From Phoronis australis (lineage: Eukaryota > Animalia > Phoronida), in NCBI GenBank assembly GCA_002633005.1, contig NMRA01000220.1:602819-666818 (forward strand): a stretch of 64,000 nucleotides of DNA. Direction: 5' to 3'. The first letter of the stretch is position 1; each line of letters opens with the position of its first letter. The translations under genes and the position numbers were made by a program. Positions 11,431 through 23,615 of this stretch are shown here, in pieces. The notes beneath the pieces were generated by a model. The model ran no database searches. It had not been told where the DNA came from and saw only the letters and a list, made by a program, of their open reading frames with translations.

Positions 11431-13403
11431 CTGTAACACAAGGTAAACACACATCTATTACTTTTGCACAATTTGCTGCATGACTAACCTTTGAGCATAA
11501 ACGAAGCAAATAGCAAATTATTCGTTGGTGATGTTGCCTAGCGACATTCCTTCTGAAGAACGTTACGATATACAATGTGGTTCTAGACGTTTCTTATAAC
11601 TCAAACGATACAGACCCCATTTTTGCCGTGACAGGCATGAACTGTGGACACAGCCTGTTGCTCTAGATCTGGAGACCAAGTGTCCAGACACAAGATATTG
11701 CTGTGGCGGCCATGTTTTTTCGCGTAGTTATAGCTTCAAATTAATCAATCTTGATATGTGGATAGATTTAGCCAAGAGTTGAAAGAAATGAAGACTAGTT
11801 CACAGGTGGGGCTAGCCTATCACGGCCTCTTCTGATCAGTGATCAGTGATCCGTCGAAGACTGTCGTCAAGTAGGGCACGCAGCGGTGTTCTGTCGGCTA
11901 CATGAAGACCACGTACATGTGATGTATATGCCAAATTTCTTGAGCCACTACCAAGGGACATAAAAGATATCAAGCCATAGCAAAAATCCCACTAGAGGAA
12001 TCAGCAGTAGTGTGATTTTACCAAAAATATGCTCTTCTCACCATGAAAAAAAAACCGACGTTGCCAGTTGACACCCACACCAATCGAGATTGGGCAAACT
12101 TAACTGGTTTGCCTGCTTCGAAATTCAGTGGTAGAAACCAGCAGCTAATTAAAGAGAATTGCATCACCTGTGGACGCTGATGAATCGGGCTCAACGTAAT
12201 TACATGTACACTAGGGCCGACAATAGTATCTTTAAATGTTTGTATTGAAAGTTATTAAAATAATACATTTTCTTATTTCGCAAAAATTACACATGGTTAC
12301 AGTAGGTTAATTGAATTTTGAAAATCAGACAAGAGTTATATAATTTTTGCAAACCGCAATTTTTGAACAATTTTGACAATATCCTGCTTCTCTTTAATTT
12401 TGCTTAGTGTGCAACATAATTGAGCCAATTACCAAACCAACAGGCAGCAGTTCCAAACTGGGATAAGTCAAGTGTCATCGTACGAGTCTTGTTATGATAC
12501 ATATATCATGACCCATCAAGAAACTTGGGAAAAAACTGAATAACATGCACATTTACTTAATTGCCAATAAGGGGCCCCAGAACATTCGCACCGGTTCGAA
12601 AATCATTGTCATCCGGATTTTTCCTTCCCGGTAGAAACGCATATGGAAGTTTTCATAACAGTGGCTTAGCCAATACAGATACCAAGGCGAAAAACCTGAA
12701 AATGAGAAAAATGACTCATCTTTGGTGTGCAATAACCCAAACCAAAACGTGCTTATTAGATACGGTCTTTTCCTCGACTCCGACAAGTTTAGGCATAACT
12801 TAAGTAATGTCTCTGACTGTAAATGTGGTGACCACCAATCTTATCCTCATATTTTCTTCAAATGTTCCTTCATCGAATACCTGAGAGACTAATTCTTTCG
12901 TGCACTCAATTAAAACCAATCAATTGTTAAAGCTCTCAATTCTTGTAATAATATCCCTACTAAACTTACATTATTACTGAATGGTAGTCCTAACTTTGAC
13001 CTTGTTCTCAATGAATTCCTCCTAAGCAACGTTAGCAAATTTTTATGAACCGTTTATAAATATTGTTGCTTCTGATTTCCATACATGAATCTGAACTTGT
13101 TTTTGTTTTCATATATTTGTAATAGCATATCTAAATATTGGAATACTTATATTAGATACTACTTAAATGTATATACCACTATGTGTATTAGTTTCATTCA
13201 TGAATTGTCTACAACCCAGATATAATGCAGCGCGATTTCTGGGTTTGTTATTATTTCTTTGTATGTTCTGTGTATTCTTCAATAAATATATATCACTTTA
13301 AAAGAGGTTGGGATTGAAGACAGTGCTCAACCGGCGGTACATTATCTCCTGAGCATCGTCCCATATGCGACTGAGACAATATCAACGTTTAACGAACACT
13401 TAC

Positions 13404-13526
13404 GGAGACAATTTGTGCCGGATCCAGAGTATCCTGAATTGCAAGTGCACGTGAAACTTCCGTGTGTGTTTGCGCATGTTGCATAAGTATGGCAGTTGTC
13501 AGTTCCACCGGCACACTCGTCTATGT
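13404..13526 (-). CDS. Gene A exon, calcium-binding EGF domain (DIDECAGGTDNCHTYATCANTHGSFTCTCNSGYSGSGTNCL)
   Basis: Acceptor tttccag|AC at 13526, donor CTCC|gtaagt at 13404; 123 bp, phase 1-1; canonical cbEGF consensus. Confidence 0.95.
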
Positions 13527-13583
13527 CTGGAAAAGAAACATTCATTCATGGTTGAGAATGATCAGTATACCATGTATTAGTTT

Positions 13584-13932
13584 CAGTAAAAATGGCCACT
13601 AGGTGGCGCAAACTACGTTGAATCTATCCGAAAACGGAAGGATACCGTCGTCTCACTAATAGATGCCTATACACCAAATTTTGTGAAAATATGTTGAGGG
13701 CCTTTGAAGATACAGAGGTAAACGTAAAAAAACTAAAATTGCCACAAGGGACACACCGGTAGTCGGATCCGTCCGAAACTTCGCTCATGCCGTACCATAC
13801 ATTGATGAAACACATGCACAAAGTTTCATGAACATACGTCAACTGGTTTGGAGATAAGGTAGCGGACGCCGGACTCAGGACGGATGCCTGTCGGACGCCG
13901 TTCGGACGGACGGACAGAGATGACGGTATAAT
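13584..13932 (+). mobile_element. 5'-truncated copy of the HINE/Helentron-type element (see 16735-18263)
   Basis: Last two subunits plus GGAC-repeat tail GGACGGACAGAGATGACGG, homologous to the full copies. Confidence 0.85.
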
Positions 13933-15189
13933 CATTCACTACGTAAGCCAACGTCATGTGTCATTATCTTACTCATATGGAGTACATTTTCACTTCTATC
14001 ATTTTGCTCGGTAGACGGCGCTTTTGTAAACATGGTGGCTCCCCATTTCTGGTTTAAGCAGTAGACTTATCGCGTTTTTGAATCAATGTAAATGTTACTG
14101 AACAACTGTCGTAAATGCCGACTCAGATCAATGTCCGAACCGGGAATCTGACATGGACCAGCCATGTACGCTTGCACGGTGGTACTTGCTTAAAAAGTGA
14201 GTTAAACGTGGTCTGAATTGAAGATAAATTGGTGTTTTTCGACACATCACTGTGTCTGTGGCCGCTTGGGCTTCGACTCTCAGAGTTCAGTCTTATCACA
14301 ACTAACTACATTGTACTTTGGAAACAAGTCGGATATAATGTTCCCTGGTTTTGAGAATGACGCTATCAATATGTTGTAATAGCTGTGGGGGTTCACTTGT
14401 TATAACTCACGGAATCAGGCGGTTATTGTTTACCATCCGACTCCATTAACGTACATGCTTGATATTAATATAAACAATAACCAATCACGCTGTTAGTGTT
14501 AGCCAGATGGAACACGGTCAGTGACAGCAAATGTCTAGAGTTGACCAGGCGAATACACGTGTTGTTGGTCACTTTATACTAGGGGACAATGGGAAATGAA
14601 CGACAGGACAAGGACTTGGTCGAAAAAAGACGATGACTGTAATAACTGAATAACATTTCTATTAGTCAGTGGATTAACTAATGACCGCCGTCTCTAGCTG
14701 GCCCGAGTAGAGACGGTGAAGGGCCTCTTAGAGTTTCATACATCAAAGTCATGTTGTTTAAGTACCTCTTGCTCATAGAGGGACACCTTAGGTACCCAAC
14801 TCAAACAAACACTCCTGTAATGTAACTTCTTCTACAATCAGTCCTTCGTTCAGTTGCCCAAATCATCAACTGGCCAGTTTTACACTGCGCGCCCACCTAT
14901 TTTTACCGCGCCCGCCAGTGTGAGGCATAATTCGCCTAAATTCTTCCGGCGTATGTTACTGTCAGTGGATGGAACTTGTTATCCATGTCAGGGACCATTA
15001 TATCCGAGCAGTAACTACAGAATTTTTGCAAAAGGTTAATTGAACATGTTTCCCATCTGCAGTACTAAAATTGATCAGCTTGATTAAAATTTTACAGCCG
15101 TACGTCAACTCACTTGAACACAGATAATTCTAGAGGGCACATCAGTCATCTTAGTAAAAATTGAAAGCCTTTGCTATTTACGTATATTT

Positions 15190-15790
15190 AATTTCAGACA
15201 AAGTCAAAGACATGCATATTATGTGGCAAACTCTTACACTCTAACTCCCACGCACACGAAGTTGAAAAAAGCTACATTAAAGCAGAGGTTCTTAGACTTT
15301 TACACCTCGTTTATATTCAATTCAACAACGATTTGCTGGATACTAGGCCTGTGCTTATCTGCAGCTCATGCATTCCGTTTTGTTCAAAACTCACACAGCT
15401 GCAGAAATCCACAAGAATGGATGTCAGCATTCTCATTGCTCAGTCTGAAGATCGACAGAAACATGTACTAATTGATTTGCCATTTGTCTCCTAAGACGCC
15501 AACAGGAGCAAAGAGATTGTTAAATTTTGAGTCCGAGTTAAATGACCATGGGTATGCAGTATCTGAGGATTATCAACAATCCAACCCTTTCCTGTCAAAC
15601 GTGTCTAAAGACTCGACTGAGCAACTTGATCGGAAGCTGTTTAAAATCAGTACATCGTTGGATGATCGCTGCAAGAAAAACTGTGCTTAGCATTCCCATG
15701 AAGGACCTGGATGACAAGCCGCTTCTTTGGAATATTGTGAAAGAAGAGTAAAATCGTCGACATGGGCTAACACTTCTGTGTGTCATTCAC
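15190..15790 (+). mobile_element. Possible decayed transposon ORF (SWIM/YqaJ-like)
   Basis: Broken frames give SCRNPQEW and LLWNIVK-RVKSSTW, loosely resembling SCT..PQ.W and W...R..RITAS motifs; weak. Confidence 0.25.
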
Positions 15791-16734
15791 TTCATATTGC
15801 TGTGACTAAGAATGACATCTCTGTAGCCATAGTGTATGGATTACATATAGATATTTGCAAAAAAACCCTCAAATCTGTGCCGTACAGAGGCTACTGTCTG
15901 CTGCGTGTATTCATCATCATGCTGGCAATGGTGTATGTTTGAAATTTTTCAGATGGCTCACATTTATAGCTTATAATTGTTTTTAACATATAGTTTTAGC
16001 AAAGGTTACATAGTTGATGATAGCAATTAGAACGGTGATATATTACATTAAAAGTTCTCCATATTGATACAGCCTCATAAATTCAGAACACAGAAATCTT
16101 GGCTGAAATTTATTTTTTTAATCCTGAAGTTTGAGGCGTGAGTGATTTGTATATTTTCGTACTTTTGAAATTCCTAACGCTATGTTGTAGCATAACAGGT
16201 TGCAAGAATACTCCTGTAAGTTCGATTTTTGAAATTCAGTGTGTAGTTAACTGTAAAACTGATGAATGACTCTTCTTGTTTATAAGTGGATCTGCTTTAA
16301 GAAAAAAGGTTGTAAAAGTGATGACAATTTATTGTTTAGTTTATGATCTTTAGTGATACACCAGCTTTAAAAATGTCAGTGACGAAAGGTAGAAATCATA
16401 AATGACAACAGATATCAATAGTCCATTTCAGTTAATGACTCTGAAGCAGGTAATAGTGGCAGTACCCGTGTGGTTAAAGAGTCATGACATAATGCTTTCG
16501 ATTTAAAAATCTTGAGGGACTTTCAGATATGTAAGCTATGAGTGTTTTTTCACAAGAAATAATGTGTGTGTTGTTAAAATCAGTTGCATAGTGAGTTAGA
16601 CACTGAATGATCTCAGTGCTTAATATACATCAAATTTTATGAAATTACATTGAGCGTGCTTTAATTTCCGCGGTCTCTTCATGATAAACAGACTCTTCAG
16701 CTATCTAAATTCAATATATACTGCTAGTTAAAAT

Positions 16735-18263
16735 ACAAGAACAACGCGGAGCGCTGAAATGCGCCCACGAATGCATCGCAAATGGTGTGCCTTTAGGGTT
16801 ATTTATTTGTATCATAAAAATGGCCAATAGATGGCGCAAAATGTACAATCCATTCAAATAGAGCTATGGATGCAAAACAAAACAGAGCTACCACTAGGAG
16901 GATCCACGGTATTCAGTCGCCATCATCAAACGTCCTCTTCACACTGAGAACATTTCAATTTTCAAAACCATCCCTAGAAGGATTTGGTTGACCAGGGTTT
17001 GAACACAGCAAAAATGGCCACTAGGTGGCGCAAAATACCTAGAATCCATTCAAAAATGGAGCAAAGCGTCATCTTTTCAATAAATGCCTACATTCAAAAT
17101 TTCATGAAAATCTGTTTTGGACATTTGAAGATACAGAGGTAAACGTAAAAAACTAAACTTGCCTCTAGGGGACACACGAGAGATTAGATCCATCCTAAAA
17201 TCGTTGTTGCTCGTTGTCACCATCATATAAATACACTTGCCAAATCAAAAAAAAGAACCTGCAAACGGTTTGGGAAATACAGTCGTGAGCGCAAAAAAAA
17301 TGCCAACAGAAGGCGCCACAGTAATCGAAGTTGGAAAATCATCGTCAGCCGTCCACTTCATAGTTAAAACATAATATGCCAATTTTCGCAAATTATCCTG
17401 AAAGCGGTTTGGTTGATAGACGAGTGGACGCCAAAAACAGACTCGAAAACAGTAAAAATTTCCACTAGGTGGGGAAAAGTAGGTAGAATCCATCTGAAAA
17501 TGGAAAGATGGCGTCACCTCATTAACAGATGCCTGTATGCCAAATTTTATGAAAATACATTGAGGACATTTGAAGATAGAGAGGTAAACGTAAAAAATAA
17601 AATTGCCACCAGGTCGCACACCAGTAGTCAGATCTGTCTGATAGTCGTCATCCTGCTTTATTAACATCATATAAATGCACTTACTAAATTTAGTAAAGAT
17701 CCTGCAAACGGTTTAGGAGATAGAGCCATAGGCGCAAAAAATGCCATTAGTAGGCGCCACAGTTGTTGAAGTTGTCGGAAAACCATCGTCAGCCGTCCAC
17801 TTCATAGTAAGAACTTACCTGTAAATGACAATTTTCGCAATCATCCTTTGAGCGGTTCAGTTGATGGAGGGATGGACGCCAAAAACAGACTTGAAAACAG
17901 TAAAAATGGCCGCTGGATGACGCAAAATACCTCGAATCCATCCGAAAACAAAAGGATAGCGTCATCTCATTAATAGATGCCTATGTGCCAAATTTTATGA
18001 AAATCGGTTGAGGACCTTTCAAGATACATAGACTAACGTAAAGAAACTAAAATTGCCACCAGGGGACACAGCGGTTATTGGGTCGGTCCCAAATTCGTCG
18101 CCCTCAGTCGTCAACCCCATAGGAACACACCTGCCAAATTTCAATAAGATCCTGCAAGGGGTTTATGAGATGCAGCCGGGGACGCCAGACGCCGGACGCC
18201 CGGACGCCCAGACAGAGGTGACGGCAATATGCGCCCACATATAAATATGTGGGCGCATAAAAA
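16735..18263 (+). mobile_element. Non-autonomous Helentron-type (HINE/pearl/DINE-1-like) element with internal ~450-bp (3 x ~150-bp) tandem array, copy A
   Basis: 5' ACAAGAACAACGC..TGCGCCCAC; internal repeats; (GGAC)-rich microsatellite; 3' perfect 15-bp-arm hairpin TATGCGCCCACATAT-AA-ATATGTGGGCGCATA (18228-18259), then an A-run. Confidence 0.85.
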
Positions 18264-18406
18264 TAAAGCATATTCCGTGATGAGGGCAGTCAAGGTATTT
18301 ACTCCAAATAACTGACGTTAATTTGTTCACTGTAACGGACTCAGTCTAATTAAAATATGCACACGCAAGCGTCACTAGTCAAATTTTGTAATGTACATTC
18401 ACGTAC

Positions 18407-18654
18407 CTCGGCAGGAGTACCAAACTTTCAGGTATTTTGTCCTCGACCAACATGTTTCCCCAAAGTTGTTGTTATTAGCTTGTACATTGCAATCAGTGTT
18501 TCCTTGACACATCGACTTTACTTTAGACGTCCTATCCGCCGGGTAACATGACAACAAGAATCTCACACCATACGTTGCTGACCTAACGTCGATAGTTGTG
18601 CCGGTATCACACCGTAGCATAGCCGTACGACCCTCCTCTGCTTCTACAAATTTC
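18407..18654 (-). CDS. Gene A exon, SUEL/rhamnose-binding-type (Gal_lectin) domain
   Basis: Acceptor ttttgcag|G at 18654, donor CGAG|gtacgt at 18407 joins in frame to DIDEC. EG..AMLRC..G.TIDV.SA.YG...C.G...C.V.A.N..FG..C...KYL.V.Y.C is the SUEL signature. Confidence 0.92.
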
Positions 18655-18925
18655 CTGCAAAAGCAATGCTTGAGTAGAGGTTGACCCAAAAACGCCACCA
18701 TTGAAAATGTCAGTGACTTTTCCACTTGTCAATCTGTTGCTATGTGTGATGCTTGTGTGGACGTTTAGGGCATTGTTTGTAACAAGATGCATTGCAGAAA
18801 AAAACATTTTCTGTGGAAATATATATTGAGACAAAATGCATAGTTGCTGTGCAAGCTCGCTTTAAAAAGGCAATTGCGGTGTTGCCATTATTTAGACAAG
18901 AGTCTAATCTATTAATGAACCCATA

Positions 18926-19306
18926 AATTCAGGTCACATGGCAATGCTGACAGCACCAGAGACACTCAAACAAGACGGTCGAAGAGTTCAAGGTCTCTAG
19001 ATGATGTCCTGTTGAGTTGTCTGTAGTCCAAGTACGCTTCTGCAATGATGAATTTAGGTCACATGGCAATGCTGAGAGCGTCAGAGACACTCAAACAAGA
19101 CGGTCGAAGAGCTCAAGGTCCCTAGATGATGTCCTGTTGAGTTGTCTGTAGTCCAAATACGCTTTTGCAATGATGAATTTAGGTCACATGGCAATGCTGA
19201 GAGCGTCAGAGACACTCAAACAAGACGGTCGAAGAGTTCAAGGTCCCTAGATGATGTCCTGTTGAGTTGTCTGTAGTCCAAGTACGCTTTTGCAATGATG
19301 AATTCA
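18926..19306. repeat. 125-bp tandem repeat x3
   Basis: Units start at 18926, 19051 and 19176 (AATT[C/T]AGGTCACATGGCAATGCTGA...), nearly identical. Confidence 0.95.
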
Positions 19307-19371
19307 AGGGTTTGACATTCTGACTCAGTGAGAAGGCTCCTAGTTTATAATGTGCAGTTTCACCCATAAAC

Positions 19372-21350
19372 AATAGCGGAGTTGCAACTGAATCGATTTA
19401 ACGATTGCGCATGTCCGGAAATTAGGGTGCGCAAAGGCTACTGGGATTGTTGATGGTAAACGGGATGGCCGACTGGTTTGCACGACGTGTAATTTGTGTG
19501 CATTAAACTACGCTGCTGTATGTAATTCTGCCGCTATTCGCCCTAATTAGCGCCCATGGCTCAACAAGTGCCCCAACGCGTTTTCAGACTTTGCTAAAGT
19601 AAGCGCCCAGCCCATGAACTACATGCGAAAAATGCCCTTACCTACAGTTCTAACGTCTCCAATTTATCAATTGAAAGATCCGACAGCCTGAATTTGTAAC
19701 GGACCACGAGCCTCACCGTTATGTCCGTATACACTTCAAACTTACGCCGCGATTCAAAAAGAACGCAGAAGTTTTGCTGCTCTTGCGAGGGATGTGCCCC
19801 ACTACGCGGGTCTGGACTTTGAAAACAGACACAGCGTACTTGTCAAAGAGCGGGATTGCATTGTTTCTTTCCAGTACAGATCTTCTCCGGCCTCAAACTT
19901 CTTTGTGCATGTGAAAACCGTGAATCGAAGACTAATAAAAAAAACTCGACCAGTGTTAGCACGCGACCAAGAAGCGCGCGCTGCATAATGTACCGACTGT
20001 CATCGAAGATTAATCGGGTAACATAGCATCGGCAAATAAATATTGGCACTAATTTCCGAAAGTTTCCAATACCGTAAAAAGCTTCTGCATTATTTTTAAG
20101 AGAAATTATTTAACTAATCATAATTGGTGTTTTTAAGGTCAAAATGACCCACTTCGCACCCTTACACCCCAAATCTTCCGGGAAATAGCTGTTACACTAC
20201 GGTCACGCATCCACTCACCCGGCGACTCAATGAGTGACATGTCGGTCTTACCGAAAAAATTCTCGAACGTTTTTAGCAGATGAGGCCAGCAAGTGCTAAG
20301 CCGTAAATATTAAAACACGCTCTGCTTGACTGCTTGACTTATTTTTTTTTTGGATACAATGCACACCTAGATCATTACATTACTCTGGCAAATGAACTCT
20401 GACAAGCACACGCACGCTTACTCTCACACACACGCATACAAACTTCAAAACAAACGTCACGTGACAACAACATGTGTTCCCACAGAGATTTTTCTCGGGT
20501 TGCGTGCTACAATCTAGCGTAGATTTGGACTTAATCTGCAGTTAATCCAGACTTCACAAGAACTTAAAAATCTTAGAGACGCTATTTGGAAAACTTGAGG
20601 AGGATTTCAGGTAATTTGTTGAGTCAAAGCTGTATTCTTATTTAAGAATTCAAGCCCTATCGACGATTGCGAGACCAGCAGCTACGCATTTGTCGGCAAG
20701 ATTTCGCCCTGGAACTTCAACAAAATTTTATGAAAAATGATCGTAATTTAACAACGAATTTTGATAGCAATGTACCACAATTTTGTAGAAAGTAAATAAT
20801 AATAATCTGCACGCTTTATCTTAGCGCGTAATGCATATAGTGTGCATACGTTAAGTGAGTCGACCCAGAACAGGTGATTGTGCAGAGGCATTATCCTCAA
20901 AATTGCTCATGTTGGCTTGGTTCTGGTCAAGCGAAAACAAGTTTTTTTTTTACTACCAACCGCCGTGGAGTATTTGTTACTGTTTCTTTGAAGGGAGATA
21001 TTGTTGGGCAGTTTCTAAGATACGTTTTCTTGCCGCCCTCAAAATGAGCGCTGCACACTTTATGCTACGAAGTCGGAAAGAATTCACGAAGTCGGCCTTT
21101 GCTACCAGCTCTACCGATGTCTCTGACCCATGTTTAACGCAGTTCTTGATCCTTGGGAAACAGGTAGTAACTAATTTTTTTATTTCGCTAACTGGTATTA
21201 TAGCATGCCAGGCACACAACACTTATAACCTCCCCGTAGCCCGTTCGCCCGCACGGTTGCCAACATACTTGTTTACTGAAGTTTACCATTGTAACCACAA
21301 TGCAACATTCTGACCCATTTCCAATATGGCGGCGTTGCAACTCCGCTATT
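19372..21350. mobile_element. ~2-kb non-autonomous TIR element, superfamily unassigned
   Basis: Perfect 17-bp inverted repeats AATAGCGGAGTTGCAAC (19372-19388) / GTTGCAACTCCGCTATT (21334-21350). Confidence 0.65.
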
Positions 21351-23367
21351 CACTTTGAGCTTGAGGGTAAATTCTTCCCAACTGACGTGACGACTCTGAG
21401 GATTATGTGTGAATATATGTAGCTTCGCGACAAGGTCGTAGTAATCCAGTCTTCTTGGATACTGTGTGCTTCTCTGGTTAAGCTCATGTCTTATTGTTTG
21501 GGCATGTTAACCCATGAAATAACATCTGGGACAGTAGTCTTCCTCACACTGTTTTCGAACGTCACTTCCATAGACATAGCAATTACATCGTTTTTAAGTA
21601 TCAATCCACTGATCCACCGACCACTGTACAGCCAACACGTGCCAAGGTGGAGAAACAGCCATTCATCACTATATTTAGTCTAATAAATCACATTAGGGTT
21701 GAGAGAAATTGGGTGAAGTATGACACCACAAAGTTTGGTGGTTTAGGAGATACAAGGGAAGTCATCTGGGGGGGCAAAATGAGGCAATTTCTTTGTGTGG
21801 AATGAGTCATTTTTGACCAAATTTTCTACTCCAGTTTCTGCTTCAAACAGAATATTTCCTGAATAATTTTGATATCACATGATATGTTCATGACCAATGT
21901 AAGTAAAAACGGCATGCACCGACAATGAAATATCGGTTACACTGGAACACTTCATGCTTGTGAAAAACCAACAGTAAGTTGTACCCTTATAGCGATGGAA
22001 GTTGCCCCCACGAGAAAACTCAAAATAATAACATGGACATATAGAAGACTCCATGCCCTTGAAATTAATACAATAAACTTTGTCGGCTTGATAATAGGGG
22101 TCTGAATTTCACTAATTTCAGACCGCGTATGTGTATTTGTCTTGTTAAACCAGTCACTAGAGACTAGGGGGTACGTTATGTCTGCCAATGAATTTCTGCG
22201 ATTGAATATGAAGTTAATTAAACATGCTAAAGCCTTCAAAAATGTTGTGTATTTCGCAAAAAAATTCATTGGTCAATTGAGAAATATAATGCACAACTCA
22301 TTTATTTCACAATGAACGCTGAGGCATAGGTAGTGTGGATAATTTAAATCGTTCTCAATATTTTCTACATGTAATGTACCATACTTCTATTACATGTATA
22401 TACCTTTGTCCTACTGTCACGTACATAGAATGAAATTTATTTGTGAAACCTTCACTTTAGCTTGGTATTCATATTTTCTGAACCGAAATGGTCACATTAA
22501 ATTTAACATGTTTTAATAATTTTTTTCATTAGTACAATTTTAGGAATCAGGAAAGGCTTATGCTGAAGAAGTGGTTTCTGCTGAACTTGGAGACCTGCCG
22601 ATTATTAGTAAAGGTTGGGTATGGTAAAAGTTCAAAACCAGCATGAAGGTACCCTTCAAGGTACCTTGTCAAGGATGTAGCATTGTAAAAATTCAAAGTT
22701 AGGAAACAGTACAGTGGCTGGACCTGTAACCACACTGGCTGATATGCTAAATTCAGTGGTGGCATTATTGTGTCAGCACAGCTGTGTAGGGAAGTAGGCT
22801 TGTGTGTTGTTGCAAGCTTTGTTTTTACCAGAACTGCTGTGTAATCAGCACAAATCTAAAATTACCTGGATTGAATTTTTTCCAGGCACCGATCATGATC
22901 CTGGGCCAGTGGATTAAGTGGTACAGCCACATGGTAATGGTACATTGCTCTTTTTGTTTAGCCACTGGACTTTTTGGTCTGACAGGATTTCTCAGTGTGG
23001 CCATCACATTTAGATGATTACTGACAACTGTACTGTTTCTTTTCCTTGAAGTCGCATAATTGATCTGAAATTATGTTTCCGCACTTTATTTAACTTTATA
23101 GATTTTTGTTTGTAAATGGGCATTTATTACAGAAATTTGAGCCCCTGTTGCAGTTAGGCTAGTTTTATTCACTTATCTTTCTGCCTGGGTTGCAATCCCT
23201 CATTCTGTCCAGGAGGCAAAATTTTGAGTTAGACCATTTACCTCTATAAACATTGCTCAGTTTGTTCCTTATCCAGATGGGAAGTGATTTTTGGAATTGC
23301 AGCGAATTGACAGTTTGCTATTCCTCGAAACCATGCTGTGTGTATAAAATCACACACTATTATACTG

Positions 23368-23615
23368 GAGCCCGTTCCAAGAAACTGACTTAAGTTCATT
23401 TTTGACTTAAGTCTAAGATTTGTCTTAACTTCCATGCTTTGAAACTTCCACATACGGCAAGATAGTTAAAATTAAAAGAAAACTTTTATCAAAAACTTAA
23501 TTCAAACTTAAGATCTCTTTCTTGAAACGGTCTCGAGAAAAATTGAAGTTTTATCTTAAAATTTTCTAAAATTTAAGATTTGTCTTAGCTAAGTCAGTTT
23601 TGTTGGAACGGGCCC
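23368..23615. mobile_element. PIF/Harbinger-type MITE
   Basis: ~25-bp TIRs GAGCCCGTTCCAAGAAACTGACTT / AAGTCAGTTTTGTTGGAACGGGCCC flanked by a CTG target duplication. Confidence 0.8.

Noticed and set aside
17245-18244. ORFs inside the HINE-like copies (also 36661-37018, 38007-38366, 61441-62001)
   Set aside because: Frames are not conserved between copies or subunits; this is non-coding repeat.
20855-21313. 152-aa plus-strand ORF as a gene
   Set aside because: No domain or splice context; it lies inside the TIR element.
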